Made by a program: the position numbers and the translations under genes. The notes under the pieces were generated by a model. It was not told the origin of the DNA. It saw only the letters and a list, made by a program, of their open reading frames with translations, and made no database searches. This document shows positions 49,275 through 59,126 of a DNA stretch of 64,000 nt, in pieces (position 1 is the first letter of the stretch; every line of letters begins with the position of its first letter). This DNA comes from Lachnospiraceae bacterium (GTDB lineage: Bacteria > Bacillota > Clostridia > Lachnospirales > Lachnospiraceae), in the NCBI GenBank assembly GCA_036656615.1, contig JAVXHY010000010.1:8089-72088 (forward strand), written 5' to 3'.

Positions 49275-52274
49275 TTATCGTGGAATTTCAACCATTTTAT
49301 AGGATTCTACTATATCAAGTTCCTTAACATCGTTGAATTTTTCGAATACAAAACCACATTCAAATCCGGTACGTACTTCTTTTACATCGTCTTTGAAACG
49401 TTTTAAAGAGGCTAATGGACCATCGAATATAACAATGCCTTCACGTGTTACTCTCACATTACATCCTCGTTCAAATGTACCATCTAATACAAAGGATCCT
49501 GCAATTGTACCAATTCCGGAAGCTTTAAATGTTTGACGTACTTCTGCATGACCAAGTATTTTCTCTTCAAATATTGGATCTAGCATTCCCTTCATAGCTG
49601 CTTCCACATCTTCAATTGCTTTATAAATAACACGATATAATCGCATATCTACTGATTCACGTTCAGCAGTTTCTTTTGCTGTAGCGTCAGGACGAACATT
49701 AAATCCAATTATAATTGCATTTGATGCTGATGCCAATATGACGTCAGATTCATTGATTGCACCAACTCCACCATGAATAATCTTAATTACAACTTCATCA
49801 TTGGAGAGCTTCAGTAAGCTTTGTTTCACAGCTTCTACAGATCCTTGAACATCAGCCTTTACGATAATGCCGAGTTCTTTGATATTTCCAGCTTTAATTT
49901 GTGTGAACAAATCATCCAAAGACATTCTTGACTTGGTATCATCCAACATGCGTACACGACTTTGAGAAATAAAGGTATCGGCAAAGCTACGAGCTTCTTT
50001 GTCATTTTCACAGCCTACAAATACTTCACCAGCATTTGGAACATCATTTAATCCTAAGATTTCAACTGGCATGGAAGGACCTGCTTCTTTTACGCGTTTT
50101 CCTTTATCATCCATCATGGCGCGAACTTTACCATATGCAGAACCCGCTGCAATTGGATCACCAACATGAAGGGTTCCCTTTTGAACAAGCACGGTAGCTA
50201 CCGGGCCCTTTCCTTTATCAAGTTCTGCTTCAATAACGAGACCTCTGGCTTCGCGATCTGGATTTGCTTTTAATTCCAATACTTCGGCTGTTAATAATAA
50301 CATTTCCATTAATTCTGGAATTCCCTCTTTTGTTTTTGCTGAAACGGGAACAAATACTGTTTTACCGCCCCAGTCTTCTGCAATTAGTTCATATTCGGTT
50401 AATTCCTGCTTTACTCGTTCAATATTCGCACTTGGTTTATCCATTTTATTAATAGCTACTACAATTTCAATACCTGCTGCTTTTGCATGGTTAATTGCTT
50501 CAATTGTCTGAGGCATAACACCATCATCTGCTGCGACTACAAGAATTGCGATATCGGTAGAGCTGGCTCCACGCATTCTCATAGCAGTAAAAGCTTCATG
50601 TCCCGGTGTGTCCAGAAATGTGATTTTCTCTCCGTTTACATTGGCTACATAGGCTCCGATGTGCTGTGTTATTCCACCAGCTTCTCTATCAATAACATTC
50701 GTATCCCTGATTGCATCTAACAATGAAGTCTTACCATGGTCGACATGACCCATAACACAGACAACTGGCGGACGTTTCTTCATTTTAGATTCGTCTTCTT
50801 CATCCTCTTTAAGTAATTCTTCAATAACATCAATTACTTCTTCTTTTTCACATAAAACTTCAAATTCCATTGCAATTTCTTCTGCTGCATCATAATCTAT
50901 TTCCTGATTTACAGTAACTACTTTTCCATTTAAAAATAATTTCTTAACAATTGCAGATGGTTGAAGTTTCATTTTTTCAGCTAATTCTTTAATAGTAAGA
51001 ATTTCAGGAAGAACAACCATTTTAATCTTTTCTTCTACTTTAACAATTTTTGGCTGTGGTTTTTGGACAGGAGTAACCGTTCCTACCTTTTTCTTTCCTT
51101 TAGGACCACGATCTACTTTATCGTGGTATTCTTTCTTTTTAAAATTATCTTTTCCAACTTTACGCTGTGGTTTTTGCTCTGCAATAATAGAAGTTGTAGT
51201 TGCTGTACGAGTATCATTTCGTTTGTCATTTGGACCATCTCTTCTTGGTCCGCCAGGCGTATTTGGACGTTGTCCCTGATAATTATTATTTGGACGTTGC
51301 CCTTGATAATTACTGCTTGGTCTTTGCCCCTGGTAGTTACTGCTTGGACGCTGTCCACCTTCTGTACCAGGTCTCCTATCAGTTCCGACTCCATCAGGAC
51401 GTTGTCCCTGGTAATTATTGTTTGGACGTTGTCCCTGATAGTTGCTGCTTGGACGTTGCCCCTGATAGTTACTGTTTGGACGTTGTCCTTGATAATTACT
51501 ATTTGGACGTTGCCCTTGATAATTGCTGCTTGGACGTGGAGCAGTTCCATCTGTTCCAGCGGGTGTACCAGAGCCTTCGGTTCGTTGCCCCTGATAGTTA
51601 CTGTTTGGACGTTGTCCTTGGTAATTACTATTTGGACGCTGTCCCTGGTAGTTGCTATTTGGACGTTGTCCCTGATAATTACTATTTGGACGTTGCCCTT
51701 GATAATTGCTGCTTGGACGCTGGGTAGTTCCATCTGTTCCAGCAGGTGTAGCAGAACCTTCGGTTCGTTGTCCCTGATAGTTACTGTTTGGACGTTGTCC
51801 TTGGTAATTACTATTTGGACGCTGTCCTTGGTAGTTGCTATTTGGACGTTGCCCCTGATAATTACTGCTTGGACGTTGATTGGTCCCGGTACCAGTATTT
51901 GGACGTTTCGCACTTTGTGTATTCTGAGGACGGAACACCTGTACAATATTAGACTTCTTTTTTGTTTCATCTGAAGTAGTTTCCGGAATTCCTTTTGATG
52001 GTGTTTCTACTGGTGCTGTTTTGTGTGTTTCTGTTGGCGTAGCCGCCTTTGGTGCAGTTGCCTTTGGTGTTTTCGTTTCTTCTGTTTTCTTCTCTTCCAA
52101 TTTTCCCCCAACCTTCTGATTTGCAAATTTATTTTTTACAATACCTACCTGCTCCTCTGTCAATGTACTCATATGACTTTTTGCTTCGATATGATTATCT
52201 TTCAGGAAATCCAATAAATCTTTATTATTTTTCCCTATTTCTTTTGCTAATTCATGTATTCTCAATTTCGACAT
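49275..52274 (-). CDS. infB: Translation initiation factor IF-2 with a long repeat-containing N-terminal linker
   Basis: [13 protein letters not shown]-domain; [42 protein letters not shown]. Start moved to ATG 52274 after AGGAGG. Confidence 0.98.
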   Translation of the reverse strand: MSKLRIHELAKEIGKNNKDLLDFLKDNHIEAKSHMSTLTEEQVGIVKNKFANQKVGGKLEEKKTEETKTPKATAPKAATPTETHKTAPVETPSKGIPETTSDETKKKSNIVQVFRPQNTQSAKRPNTGTGTNQRPSSNYQGQRPNSNYQGQRPNSNYQGQRPNSNYQGQRTEGSATPAGTDGTTQRPSSNYQGQRPNSNYQGQRPNSNYQGQRPNSNYQGQRPNSNYQGQRTEGSGTPAGTDGTAPRPSSNYQGQRPNSNYQGQRPNSNYQGQRPSSNYQGQRPNNNYQGQRPDGVGTDRRPGTEGGQRPSSNYQGQRPSSNYQGQRPNNNYQGQRPNTPGGPRRDGPNDKRNDTRTATTTSIIAEQKPQRKVGKDNFKKKEYHDKVDRGPKGKKKVGTVTPVQKPQPKIVKVEEKIKMVVLPEILTIKELAEKMKLQPSAIVKKLFLNGKVVTVNQEIDYDAAEEIAMEFEVLCEKEEVIDVIEELLKEDEEDESKMKKRPPVVCVMGHVDHGKTSLLDAIRDTNVIDREAGGITQHIGAYVANVNGEKITFLDTPGHEAFTAMRMRGASSTDIAILVVAADDGVMPQTIEAINHAKAAGIEIVVAINKMDKPSANIERVKQELTEYELIAEDWGGKTVFVPVSAKTKEGIPELMEMLLLTAEVLELKANPDREARGLVIEAELDKGKGPVATVLVQKGTLHVGDPIAAGSAYGKVRAMMDDKGKRVKEAGPSMPVEILGLNDVPNAGEVFVGCENDKEARSFADTFISQSRVRMLDDTKSRMSLDDLFTQIKAGNIKELGIIVKADVQGSVEAVKQSLLKLSNDEVVIKIIHGGVGAINESDVILASASNAIIIGFNVRPDATAKETAERESVDMRLYRVIYKAIEDVEAAMKGMLDPIFEEKILGHAEVRQTFKASGIGTIAGSFVLDGTFERGCNVRVTREGIVIFDGPLASLKRFKDDVKEVRTGFECGFVFEKFNDVKELDIVESYKMVEIPR
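51271..51878 (-). repeat. In-frame 27-bp tandem repeat encoding QRP(N/S)(S/N)NYQG, 17 copies in four blocks (4, 5, 5, 3 in reading order)
   Basis: Counted in both DNA and protein. Blocks are separated by [32 protein letters not shown] and [17 protein letters not shown]. The first unit of block 3 begins with P instead of Q. Confidence 0.95.
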
Positions 52275-52290
52275 ATATTCACTACCTCCT

Positions 52291-52614
52291 CTATGCAATC
52301 GTATGATTCTCTGTTTCTATAAACGTTCGAATTCCTTTGGCAAATCCGTGGTCCAATATTGCTAACGACGCTCGGAATTCCTTTCCCATTGCATGCCCTA
52401 AGGTATTTTTATCACTATAAAAATAGATTGGCACTTTATAGAATTCACACATGTTTTTGAATTTCTTTTTTGTATTATCAGATGCATCAGTAGCTACAAT
52501 TACTAGGCATGATTTTCCTGCCTTTGTTTCTTTTTCTGTTGTAAATTCACCACTGACCGTTTTGCCTGCTTTTGTAGCTAGGCCAATTAGAGATAAGGCT
52601 TTATTTGAGTTCAA
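52291..52614 (-). CDS. ylxQ: L7Ae-family RNA-binding protein (YlxQ)
   Basis: [35 protein letters not shown]; nusA-infB operon position. Confidence 0.92.
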   Translation of the reverse strand: MNSNKALSLIGLATKAGKTVSGEFTTEKETKAGKSCLVIVATDASDNTKKKFKNMCEFYKVPIYFYSDKNTLGHAMGKEFRASLAILDHGFAKGIRTFIETENHTIA

Positions 52615-52879
52615 GTGTCTTCATCTCCTTTTCGAGTTTTTCATAAACTTCTTTTGGAATTGCCTGTTTAAAGGAACGTTCTAATCCTCTTGTTTTTATT
52701 GCCATAGCCAAACAGTTCTGTGAAAAACAGACATATGCTCCGCGGCCATTTTTCTTACCGGTCACATCTAATACAAATTCGTTATTATCCATTTTTAACA
52801 CGCGCATCATGTCTTTTTTTTGTTTCATTTCTCCGCATCCCACACATAAACGCATAGGTACTTTTTTCTTGCTATTCAA
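52601..52879 (-). CDS. ylxR: YlxR/RnpM-family RNA-binding protein
   Basis: PMRLCVGC, D.TGKKNGRGAYVC, LERSFK. Confidence 0.93.
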   Translation of the reverse strand: MNSKKKVPMRLCVGCGEMKQKKDMMRVLKMDNNEFVLDVTGKKNGRGAYVCFSQNCLAMAIKTRGLERSFKQAIPKEVYEKLEKEMKTLELK

Positions 52880-52893
52880 TCAATCACTTCCTA

Positions 52894-54015
52894 TTATTCA
52901 TTCTCTGTTTCTACAGTCAGAGCTTGACTCTCATTGTCTTCCATGCCTAGTTCCATATAATTTTCAGGTAGCTCACCAGAATCAATTGCTTGAGTTTCAC
53001 TCTTAATATCTATTTTATATCCGGTTAAACGTGCAGCCAATCTTGCGTTTTGACCTTCCTTGCCAATTGCTAAGGATAATTGGTAATCCGGTACAATAAC
53101 ACTGGCAGCCTTTTCATCCGGATCAGCCATAACTGAAATAACTTTTGCTGGGCTTAATGCATTTTCAATCAAAATTGCTGGGTTGTTGCTCCAGTTAATA
53201 ATGTCGATTTTTTCACCTCTTAGCTCGTTTACAATTGCATTTACTCGTGCACCATTCATTCCTACACATGCACCAACTGGGTCTACATCGGAATCGTTAG
53301 AATGAACAGCAATCTTTGTACGTGATCCAGCTTCTCTGGAAATGCTTTTGATTTCTACAGTTCCATCTCTGACTTCGGCAACTTCAGATTCAAATAAACG
53401 TTTTACCAATTCTGGATGTGTACGAGAAACCAATATTTTAGGACCTTTGGTAGTGTTCTTAACTTCTACAACATATAATTTAATACGCTCTGTTGGCAGA
53501 AAAACTTCGCCCTTAACTTGTTCATTCTCTGTTAGCATAGCGTCTGCTTTTCCAAGATTAATACTAATATTTTTCCCTACATAGCGCTGTACAATACCAG
53601 TTACAATATCTTTTTCTTTTTCAAAATATTGGTCGTATATAACTTTTCGTTCTTCTTCTCGGATCTTTTGTAAAATTAGATTTTTGGCATTTTGTGTTGC
53701 AATACGTCCAAATGATTTGGATTCAATAGGAACCTGCACAATGTCACCTAATTCAAACTTGGAATCTTTCATTTTAGCATTGGCAAGACTAATTTCCATT
53801 ACATCGTCTTCTACCACTTCTACCACTGTTTTCTCCGCATATACTGAGTAATCACAAGTTTCACGATCCATAATAACCTTAATATTATCAGATTTACCAA
53901 AATGGTTTTTACATGCATTTATTAAAGAATTTTCTATGGCATCTAACAATGTTTCTTTGCTAATGTCTTTTTCCTGTTCTAAAATAGTTAATGCTTCTAA
54001 TAATTCTGTGTTCAT
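52894..54015 (-). CDS. nusA: Transcription termination/antitermination factor NusA
   Basis: FGRIATQNAK, SRTHPELVKRLFESEVAE, REAGSRTKIAV, GEKIDII, LAIGKEGQNARLAA. Confidence 0.98.
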   Translation of the reverse strand: MNTELLEALTILEQEKDISKETLLDAIENSLINACKNHFGKSDNIKVIMDRETCDYSVYAEKTVVEVVEDDVMEISLANAKMKDSKFELGDIVQVPIESKSFGRIATQNAKNLILQKIREEERKVIYDQYFEKEKDIVTGIVQRYVGKNISINLGKADAMLTENEQVKGEVFLPTERIKLYVVEVKNTTKGPKILVSRTHPELVKRLFESEVAEVRDGTVEIKSISREAGSRTKIAVHSNDSDVDPVGACVGMNGARVNAIVNELRGEKIDIINWSNNPAILIENALSPAKVISVMADPDEKAASVIVPDYQLSLAIGKEGQNARLAARLTGYKIDIKSETQAIDSGELPENYMELGMEDNESQALTVETENE

Positions 54016-54101
54016 TTTTCTAATCTCCTCCTATTTCTAAAAATTACCTTCTAAATGAATTGCTCTATCTTATAGAAAGTAAACTTACATGCCTATCTTG
54101 C

Positions 54102-54569
54102 TTATATGAAAAAAGCCAGACGAATGAGTGCAATCTCATCTTTCGTAAATATTTTAGTTGTTTCATCTTCTAATTCAATGGTTACGGTATCCTTATCATA
54201 TCCTACTAAAATTCCAATAAATTCTTTTTGCTTATCAATGGCTTTGTATGTGCGAATTTCAATTTCTTCTCCCATACTGCGGATAAAGTCTTTTTCCTTT
54301 TTAAGTGGTCTTCCAAGACCTGGAGAACTTACTTCGAAAATATAAGCATCTTCGATATAATCGTTGGTATCTAGAAGTTCAGAAAAAGCACGGCTGACTT
54401 TCTCACAATCATCTACGGCAATTCCTCCTGGTTTATCAATATAGACTCTTAAATACCAGGTTCCTCCTTCTTTCACATACTCTACATCCACCAATTCATA
54501 ACCGTTATTTGTTACAATTGGCTGTATCAGTTCTTCGGTTTTCACTTCGTATAATTCTCTCTTTGACAA
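54102..54569 (-). CDS. rimP: Ribosome maturation factor RimP
   Basis: YELVDVEY, LRVYID, DDCEKVSR, EVSSPGLGRPL. Start set at TTG 54569 (track starts at 54617). Confidence 0.93.
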   Translation of the reverse strand: MSKRELYEVKTEELIQPIVTNNGYELVDVEYVKEGGTWYLRVYIDKPGGIAVDDCEKVSRAFSELLDTNDYIEDAYIFEVSSPGLGRPLKKEKDFIRSMGEEIEIRTYKAIDKQKEFIGILVGYDKDTVTIELEDETTKIFTKDEIALIRLAFFI

Positions 54570-54592
54570 TATGACCATCCTTCCCATTGCGT

Positions 54593-54623
54593 AAAAGAAG
54601 AGTGGACTTCTGCCCACTCTTCT
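54593..54623 (-). terminator. Attenuator-like hairpin in the rimP leader
   Basis: Minus strand GAAGAGTGG-GCAGAAGT-CCACTCTTC-TTTT, about 25 nt upstream of the rimP start. Confidence 0.65.
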
Positions 54624-54749
54624 GTCAATTTCTTATGTAACTACACTGTATACTAGCATAGTATTTCAAGAAAATCAAGGTTTATATTGAATTAAATCAA
54701 TTAAATAGAAAATTTTACTTGAAATTGTTACTTTTTTTTGTTATTACAA

Positions 54750-56990
54750 CTAAAGTCTTGTTTTAATTCCCAAGGTATCTCGTTTTGCAAGCCGAAGCCT
54801 ATTTAAAGAAACTTCTTTTTCTTGATATGACACTTTCGTATCTACACCGTCTTCAAATAAATAAATTTGTTCAACCAAATCGTTCTTTTGCAATTTTATT
54901 CCACGGACACCAACGGCACTTTTTTTCTTTTTGGAAACTTCGGAAGCTGGGAATCTTAAGAAGTAACCGTTTACCGTTTGGAGCACTACGTTATCTTCTT
55001 GTTTCATGATTTGAACCTGTATTAATTCATCTTGGTCTTGCAGCTTTGTAGCGGCAATGGTTCGCTTTGAAACTAAAAATTCCGTTCCGGGCACAGACTT
55101 AATCATTCCAAGTTTTGTTACAAATAATAAGTTTATAGTAGATAATTGTGCCATATCACATAGATAAATCAAATGTTCTTCATTACTATTATAATTACTT
55201 ACGTTGTCTATAGGAATACCTTTATCACGAAATTTGCCAAAGGGTATATCAAGCATTTTGATTTGATAAAGTTTTCCTGTATTGGTGAAGGCACAAATCT
55301 TTCCGGTATTCATACAAGTTAAAATATGCTTATTCTCTGCTAAGGCGGCTTCTTTGTTTCGCTCAAAGGTTGTAGTGTCTATTGTGCGTGCATAGCCGAA
55401 ACGATCTAATAAAAAGACGACTGCTTGTTCTTCTATTTTATGTTCTTCAAAGACAGCCTCTTCCTCATTTCTTATTACAGTACGTCGCTTCCTTCCAAAC
55501 TCTTTTTTGCAGGCATCCAATTCTTCTATTATAAGGTTTGCCATTGAGCTGTAGTTGTTTAAAATATCTTCATAGCGGGCAATGCTTTTTTTTGTTTCCT
55601 CATATTCCAGCTGTAATGCTTCCATTTCCAATCCAATTAGCTTATAAAGTCTCATTTCCAAAATAGCGGAAGCCTGACGCTCAGTAAATCTAAGCATGGC
55701 AGCCATTTTTTTGGATATATTTGTCTTGAATTTAATTTGTTCTGTAGTTCCCTTTACTAGACATGCTTTTGCTTCTTTAATGGAAGGACTCCCTCGTAGA
55801 ATTTCTATGATTAAATCAATCACATCACATGCTTTGATTAATCCTTCTTGTATCTCTTTTTTGTCCAATTCCTTACGCAATAAATTCTTGTATTTTCTTG
55901 TGGATAATTCAAATTGAAAGTCAACATGGTGTTCAATAATTGTTTTCAATCCCATTACTTCGGGTTTTCCATTTACCACTGCCAACATATTAACACCGAA
56001 GGTATCTTCTAAACGTGTTTTTTTGTATAGCATATTTGTGAGATTCTCTATGTCTGTATCCTTGCGAAGATCTAATACAATACGTATGCCATCTTTAGAG
56101 GATTGGTTGGAAATATCCAAAATATCATTTGTTTTTTTACTTTCAACTAAAGCAACTACATCATTTAGGAATTTTCCAATACCGGACCCTATCATAGTAT
56201 ATGGAATTTCAGAAATAATAAGTTTCTTTTTTCCACCTTTTACATCTTCAATATCTACTTTTCCACGTACACGGATTTTCCCCATTCCTGTTTCGTAAAT
56301 ATTGATTAATGCATCTTTATTTACAACAATTCCACCAGTCGGGAAATCAGGACCTTTTAAATGTTTCATTAATGCTTCCGTTGTGATTTCGTTATTTTTC
56401 ATATAAGCCTTCACAGCATCGACAACTTCTGAAAGATTGTGTGTAGGAATACTGGTAGCCATACCTACTGCAATACCCTCAGCTCCGTTCACTAATAAAT
56501 TAGGGATTTTAACAGGTAAAACCTGAGGCTCTTTTTCTGTTTCATCAAAGTTAGGAACAAAATCTACAATATCTTTATCCAAATCGGATAAATATACTTC
56601 CTGGGTTAATTTGGCAAGCCGGGCTTCGGTATAACGCATAGCAGCTGCCCCATCACCTTCAATGGAACCAAAATTTCCATGCCCATCTACCAAGGGACTT
56701 CCCTTTTTAAAATCTTGGGACATAACCACTAAGGATTCATAGATAGAAGTATCACCGTGTGGATGATATTTACCCATGGTATCGCCAACAATACGAGCAC
56801 ATTTTCTATAAGGTCTGTCATATCGAATGCCTAATTCATACATGTCATACAGTGTTCTTCTTTGTACTGGTTTCAGTCCGTCCCTGGCATCGGGGAGGGC
56901 ACGAGCTACGATAACACTCATTGCATAATCGATATATGATTTCTTCATGACGTCTGAATATTCGGTTCTAATGATTTGTTGATCTTGCAT
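54750..56990 (-). CDS. parC: Type IIA topoisomerase A subunit (topoisomerase IV ParC-like)
   Basis: RALPDARDGLKPVQRR, YHPHGD, AAMRYTE, PDFPTGG. Short CTD with no recognisable QxRGGKG GyrA box. Start set at ATG 56990. Confidence 0.8.
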   Translation of the reverse strand: MQDQQIIRTEYSDVMKKSYIDYAMSVIVARALPDARDGLKPVQRRTLYDMYELGIRYDRPYRKCARIVGDTMGKYHPHGDTSIYESLVVMSQDFKKGSPLVDGHGNFGSIEGDGAAAMRYTEARLAKLTQEVYLSDLDKDIVDFVPNFDETEKEPQVLPVKIPNLLVNGAEGIAVGMATSIPTHNLSEVVDAVKAYMKNNEITTEALMKHLKGPDFPTGGIVVNKDALINIYETGMGKIRVRGKVDIEDVKGGKKKLIISEIPYTMIGSGIGKFLNDVVALVESKKTNDILDISNQSSKDGIRIVLDLRKDTDIENLTNMLYKKTRLEDTFGVNMLAVVNGKPEVMGLKTIIEHHVDFQFELSTRKYKNLLRKELDKKEIQEGLIKACDVIDLIIEILRGSPSIKEAKACLVKGTTEQIKFKTNISKKMAAMLRFTERQASAILEMRLYKLIGLEMEALQLEYEETKKSIARYEDILNNYSSMANLIIEELDACKKEFGRKRRTVIRNEEEAVFEEHKIEEQAVVFLLDRFGYARTIDTTTFERNKEAALAENKHILTCMNTGKICAFTNTGKLYQIKMLDIPFGKFRDKGIPIDNVSNYNSNEEHLIYLCDMAQLSTINLLFVTKLGMIKSVPGTEFLVSKRTIAATKLQDQDELIQVQIMKQEDNVVLQTVNGYFLRFPASEVSKKKKSAVGVRGIKLQKNDLVEQIYLFEDGVDTKVSYQEKEVSLNRLRLAKRDTLGIKTRL

Positions 56991-57031
56991 TTCTTCTTCC
57001 TCCTTCAACTACGACACAGGTTGCTGTAAGT

Positions 57032-57105
57032 CAAAGCGGATATTCAAAATCCGCTTTGTAACTTCCTCATAACCTCATAGCAGCTATCGCTGCTTGATGA
57101 GGTTA
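57032..57105. other. Two adjacent inverted repeats in the parE-parC intergenic region
   Basis: CAAAGCGGAT-N7-ATCCGCTTTG (57032-57058) and TAACCTCAT-AGCAGC-TATC-GCTGCT-TG-ATGAGGTTA (57070-57105). Confidence 0.8.
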
Positions 57106-59025
57106 AATATCAAGCTCTGCTTCTGTAGCGTTTTCATAAATAAAGGCACGCCTTGGCGGCACTTCTGTCCCCATAAGCATTTCTGTAACACTAGACGCCA
57201 TTCTTGCATCTTCGATTTCTATTAATTTAAGCTTTCTGGTATTCGGGTCCAATGTAGTTTCCCACAATTGTTGGGCATCCATTTCTCCAAGTCCCTTGTA
57301 ACGCTGTAGAGTAAATGACCCCTCATGTCTTTTCCGATAAGCTTCTAATGCTTTGTCGTCATATAAATATTCTTCTTTTCCTTTTTTGGGCATGGCTTTA
57401 TATAATGGCGGCATCGCAATATAGATATGACCTTCGTTAATTAATTCCGGCATAAATCGATAAAACAAGGTCAATAAAAGAGTGGAAATATGTGCTCCAT
57501 CTACATCCGCATCGGCCATAATAATGATTTTGCCGTAGCGAAGCTTTGAGATATCAAAGTCATTGCCATAACCTTCGGAAAATCCACATCCAAATGCATT
57601 AATCATAGTTTTGATTTCGGCATTTGCTAATACTTTGTCTATACTAGCTTTTTCCACATTTAAGATTTTACCTCGAATTGGAAGTATTGCTTGAAACATA
57701 CGATTTCTCGCAGTTTTTGCGGATCCACCTGCTGAATCACCTTCCACAATAAATATTTCACACTTAGAGCCTTCTCTACACTCACAATTGGCAAGCTTTC
57801 CGTTGCTGTCAAAAGAAAATTTCTGCTTTGTTAATAAGCTTGTTTTCGCACGTTCTTCGGTTTTTCGTATTTTCGCTGCTTTTTCAGCGCAGGACAATGT
57901 TTTTTTTAATGTATCTATATTGCGGTCAAAAAATCTCACAATTTCATCATTTGTGATTTTCCCGGCAACCTTAGCAGCATCCTGATTGTCCAATTTTGTT
58001 TTTGTCTGTCCTTCAAATCTAGGATCTGGATGTTTCATACATACAATTGCAGTCATTCCATTACGAATATCTGCACCTGTGAAATTAGCATCCTTTTCTT
58101 TTAATATGTTAAGTTCTCTGGCATATTGATTCATAACGGTTGTAAAGGTGGTTTTAAATCCAGTTAAATGAGCACCACCTTCTGAATTAAATATATTATT
58201 ACAAAATCCCAATACATTTTCATGGAATTCATTGACATATTGAAATGCAACTTCCAGTGAAATCCCATCCATTTCCCCTGAAAAATATACCGGTTCATGA
58301 ATGACCTCCTTATTTTGATTTAGTTCTTTGATAAATCCTACAATTCCATTTGGCTCGTGAAAAACAATGTGTTCTATGGGTTCTTCACGTTTGTCCTCAA
58401 AAATAATCGTAAGGGAAGCATTTAAGTATGCTGTTTCATGCAAACGACTTTTTACTTCTTCGGATTTGAATATAGTTTTTTCAAATATGGTTGGGTCTGG
58501 TAAGAAGTTTACCGTTGTTCCAGTTTTTTTTGTTTTGCCTAAAATAGGAAGTAATCCATCCTCTAATGAAATTACAGGATTTCCACGCTCATATCGATCG
58601 TGATAAATGAATCCTTCGCGACTGATCTGCACATCCATGTAGGTAGAAAGAGCGTTGACAACGGAAGAACCAACTCCATGAAGTCCACCACTGGTTTTAT
58701 AGGCAGTGTCATCGAATTTTCCACCTGCATGTAAAGTGGTATATACAATTCTAGCTGCGGAAATTCCTGTTTTATGCAAGTCCACTGGAACACCACGTCC
58801 ATTATCATTGATTGTTGCAGAACCATCCTTTTCTAAAGTTACGCAAATGGTATCACAATAGCCTGCTAAATGTTCATCTACCGCATTATCCAGTATTTCA
58901 TATATTAGATGATTCAATCCTTTTGTTGAAACACTTCCTATATACATTCCAGGTCTTTTTCGTACCGCTTCTAATCCTTCTAAAATCGATATACTATCCG
59001 CATCATAGGTGTTTTTCTTTGTCAT
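57103..59025 (-). CDS. parE: Type IIA topoisomerase B subunit (topoisomerase IV ParE-like)
   Basis: EAVRKRPGMYIG, EILDNAVDE, DNGRG, LHAGGKF, GGLHGVG, VEGDSAGGSAK, PIRGKILN, DADVDG, QRYKGLGEM. Confidence 0.82.
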   Translation of the reverse strand: MTKKNTYDADSISILEGLEAVRKRPGMYIGSVSTKGLNHLIYEILDNAVDEHLAGYCDTICVTLEKDGSATINDNGRGVPVDLHKTGISAARIVYTTLHAGGKFDDTAYKTSGGLHGVGSSVVNALSTYMDVQISREGFIYHDRYERGNPVISLEDGLLPILGKTKKTGTTVNFLPDPTIFEKTIFKSEEVKSRLHETAYLNASLTIIFEDKREEPIEHIVFHEPNGIVGFIKELNQNKEVIHEPVYFSGEMDGISLEVAFQYVNEFHENVLGFCNNIFNSEGGAHLTGFKTTFTTVMNQYARELNILKEKDANFTGADIRNGMTAIVCMKHPDPRFEGQTKTKLDNQDAAKVAGKITNDEIVRFFDRNIDTLKKTLSCAEKAAKIRKTEERAKTSLLTKQKFSFDSNGKLANCECREGSKCEIFIVEGDSAGGSAKTARNRMFQAILPIRGKILNVEKASIDKVLANAEIKTMINAFGCGFSEGYGNDFDISKLRYGKIIIMADADVDGAHISTLLLTLFYRFMPELINEGHIYIAMPPLYKAMPKKGKEEYLYDDKALEAYRKRHEGSFTLQRYKGLGEMDAQQLWETTLDPNTRKLKLIEIEDARMASSVTEMLMGTEVPPRRAFIYENATEAELDI

Positions 59026-59092
59026 ACAATGGTATCCTTTCGTTCCTGTCCTATCTGTCTGATTCAGTCAGTAGACCTTTTATTCTCATAGT

Positions 59093-59121
59093 ATGATAGC
59101 ACAAAGACTTCTATATTTCAA
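59093..59121 (-). promoter_or_regulatory. sigma-A promoter of parE-parC
   Basis: TTGAAA-N17-TATCAT with an extended -10 TGC. Confidence 0.6.
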
Positions 59122-59126
59122 ATGTC

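Noticed and set aside
51271-51878. Possible CRISPR array (repeated roughly 27-bp units)
   Set aside because: Units are adjacent without unique spacers, are in frame within infB, vary at wobble positions, and no cas genes are nearby.
51063-51974. Long overlapping ORFs across the IF2 repeat (303 aa and 175 aa on plus, 285 aa in an alternative minus frame)
   Set aside because: Shadow frames: a stop-poor 27-bp unit keeps several frames open. They lack RBSs, and silent-site variation follows the IF2 frame.
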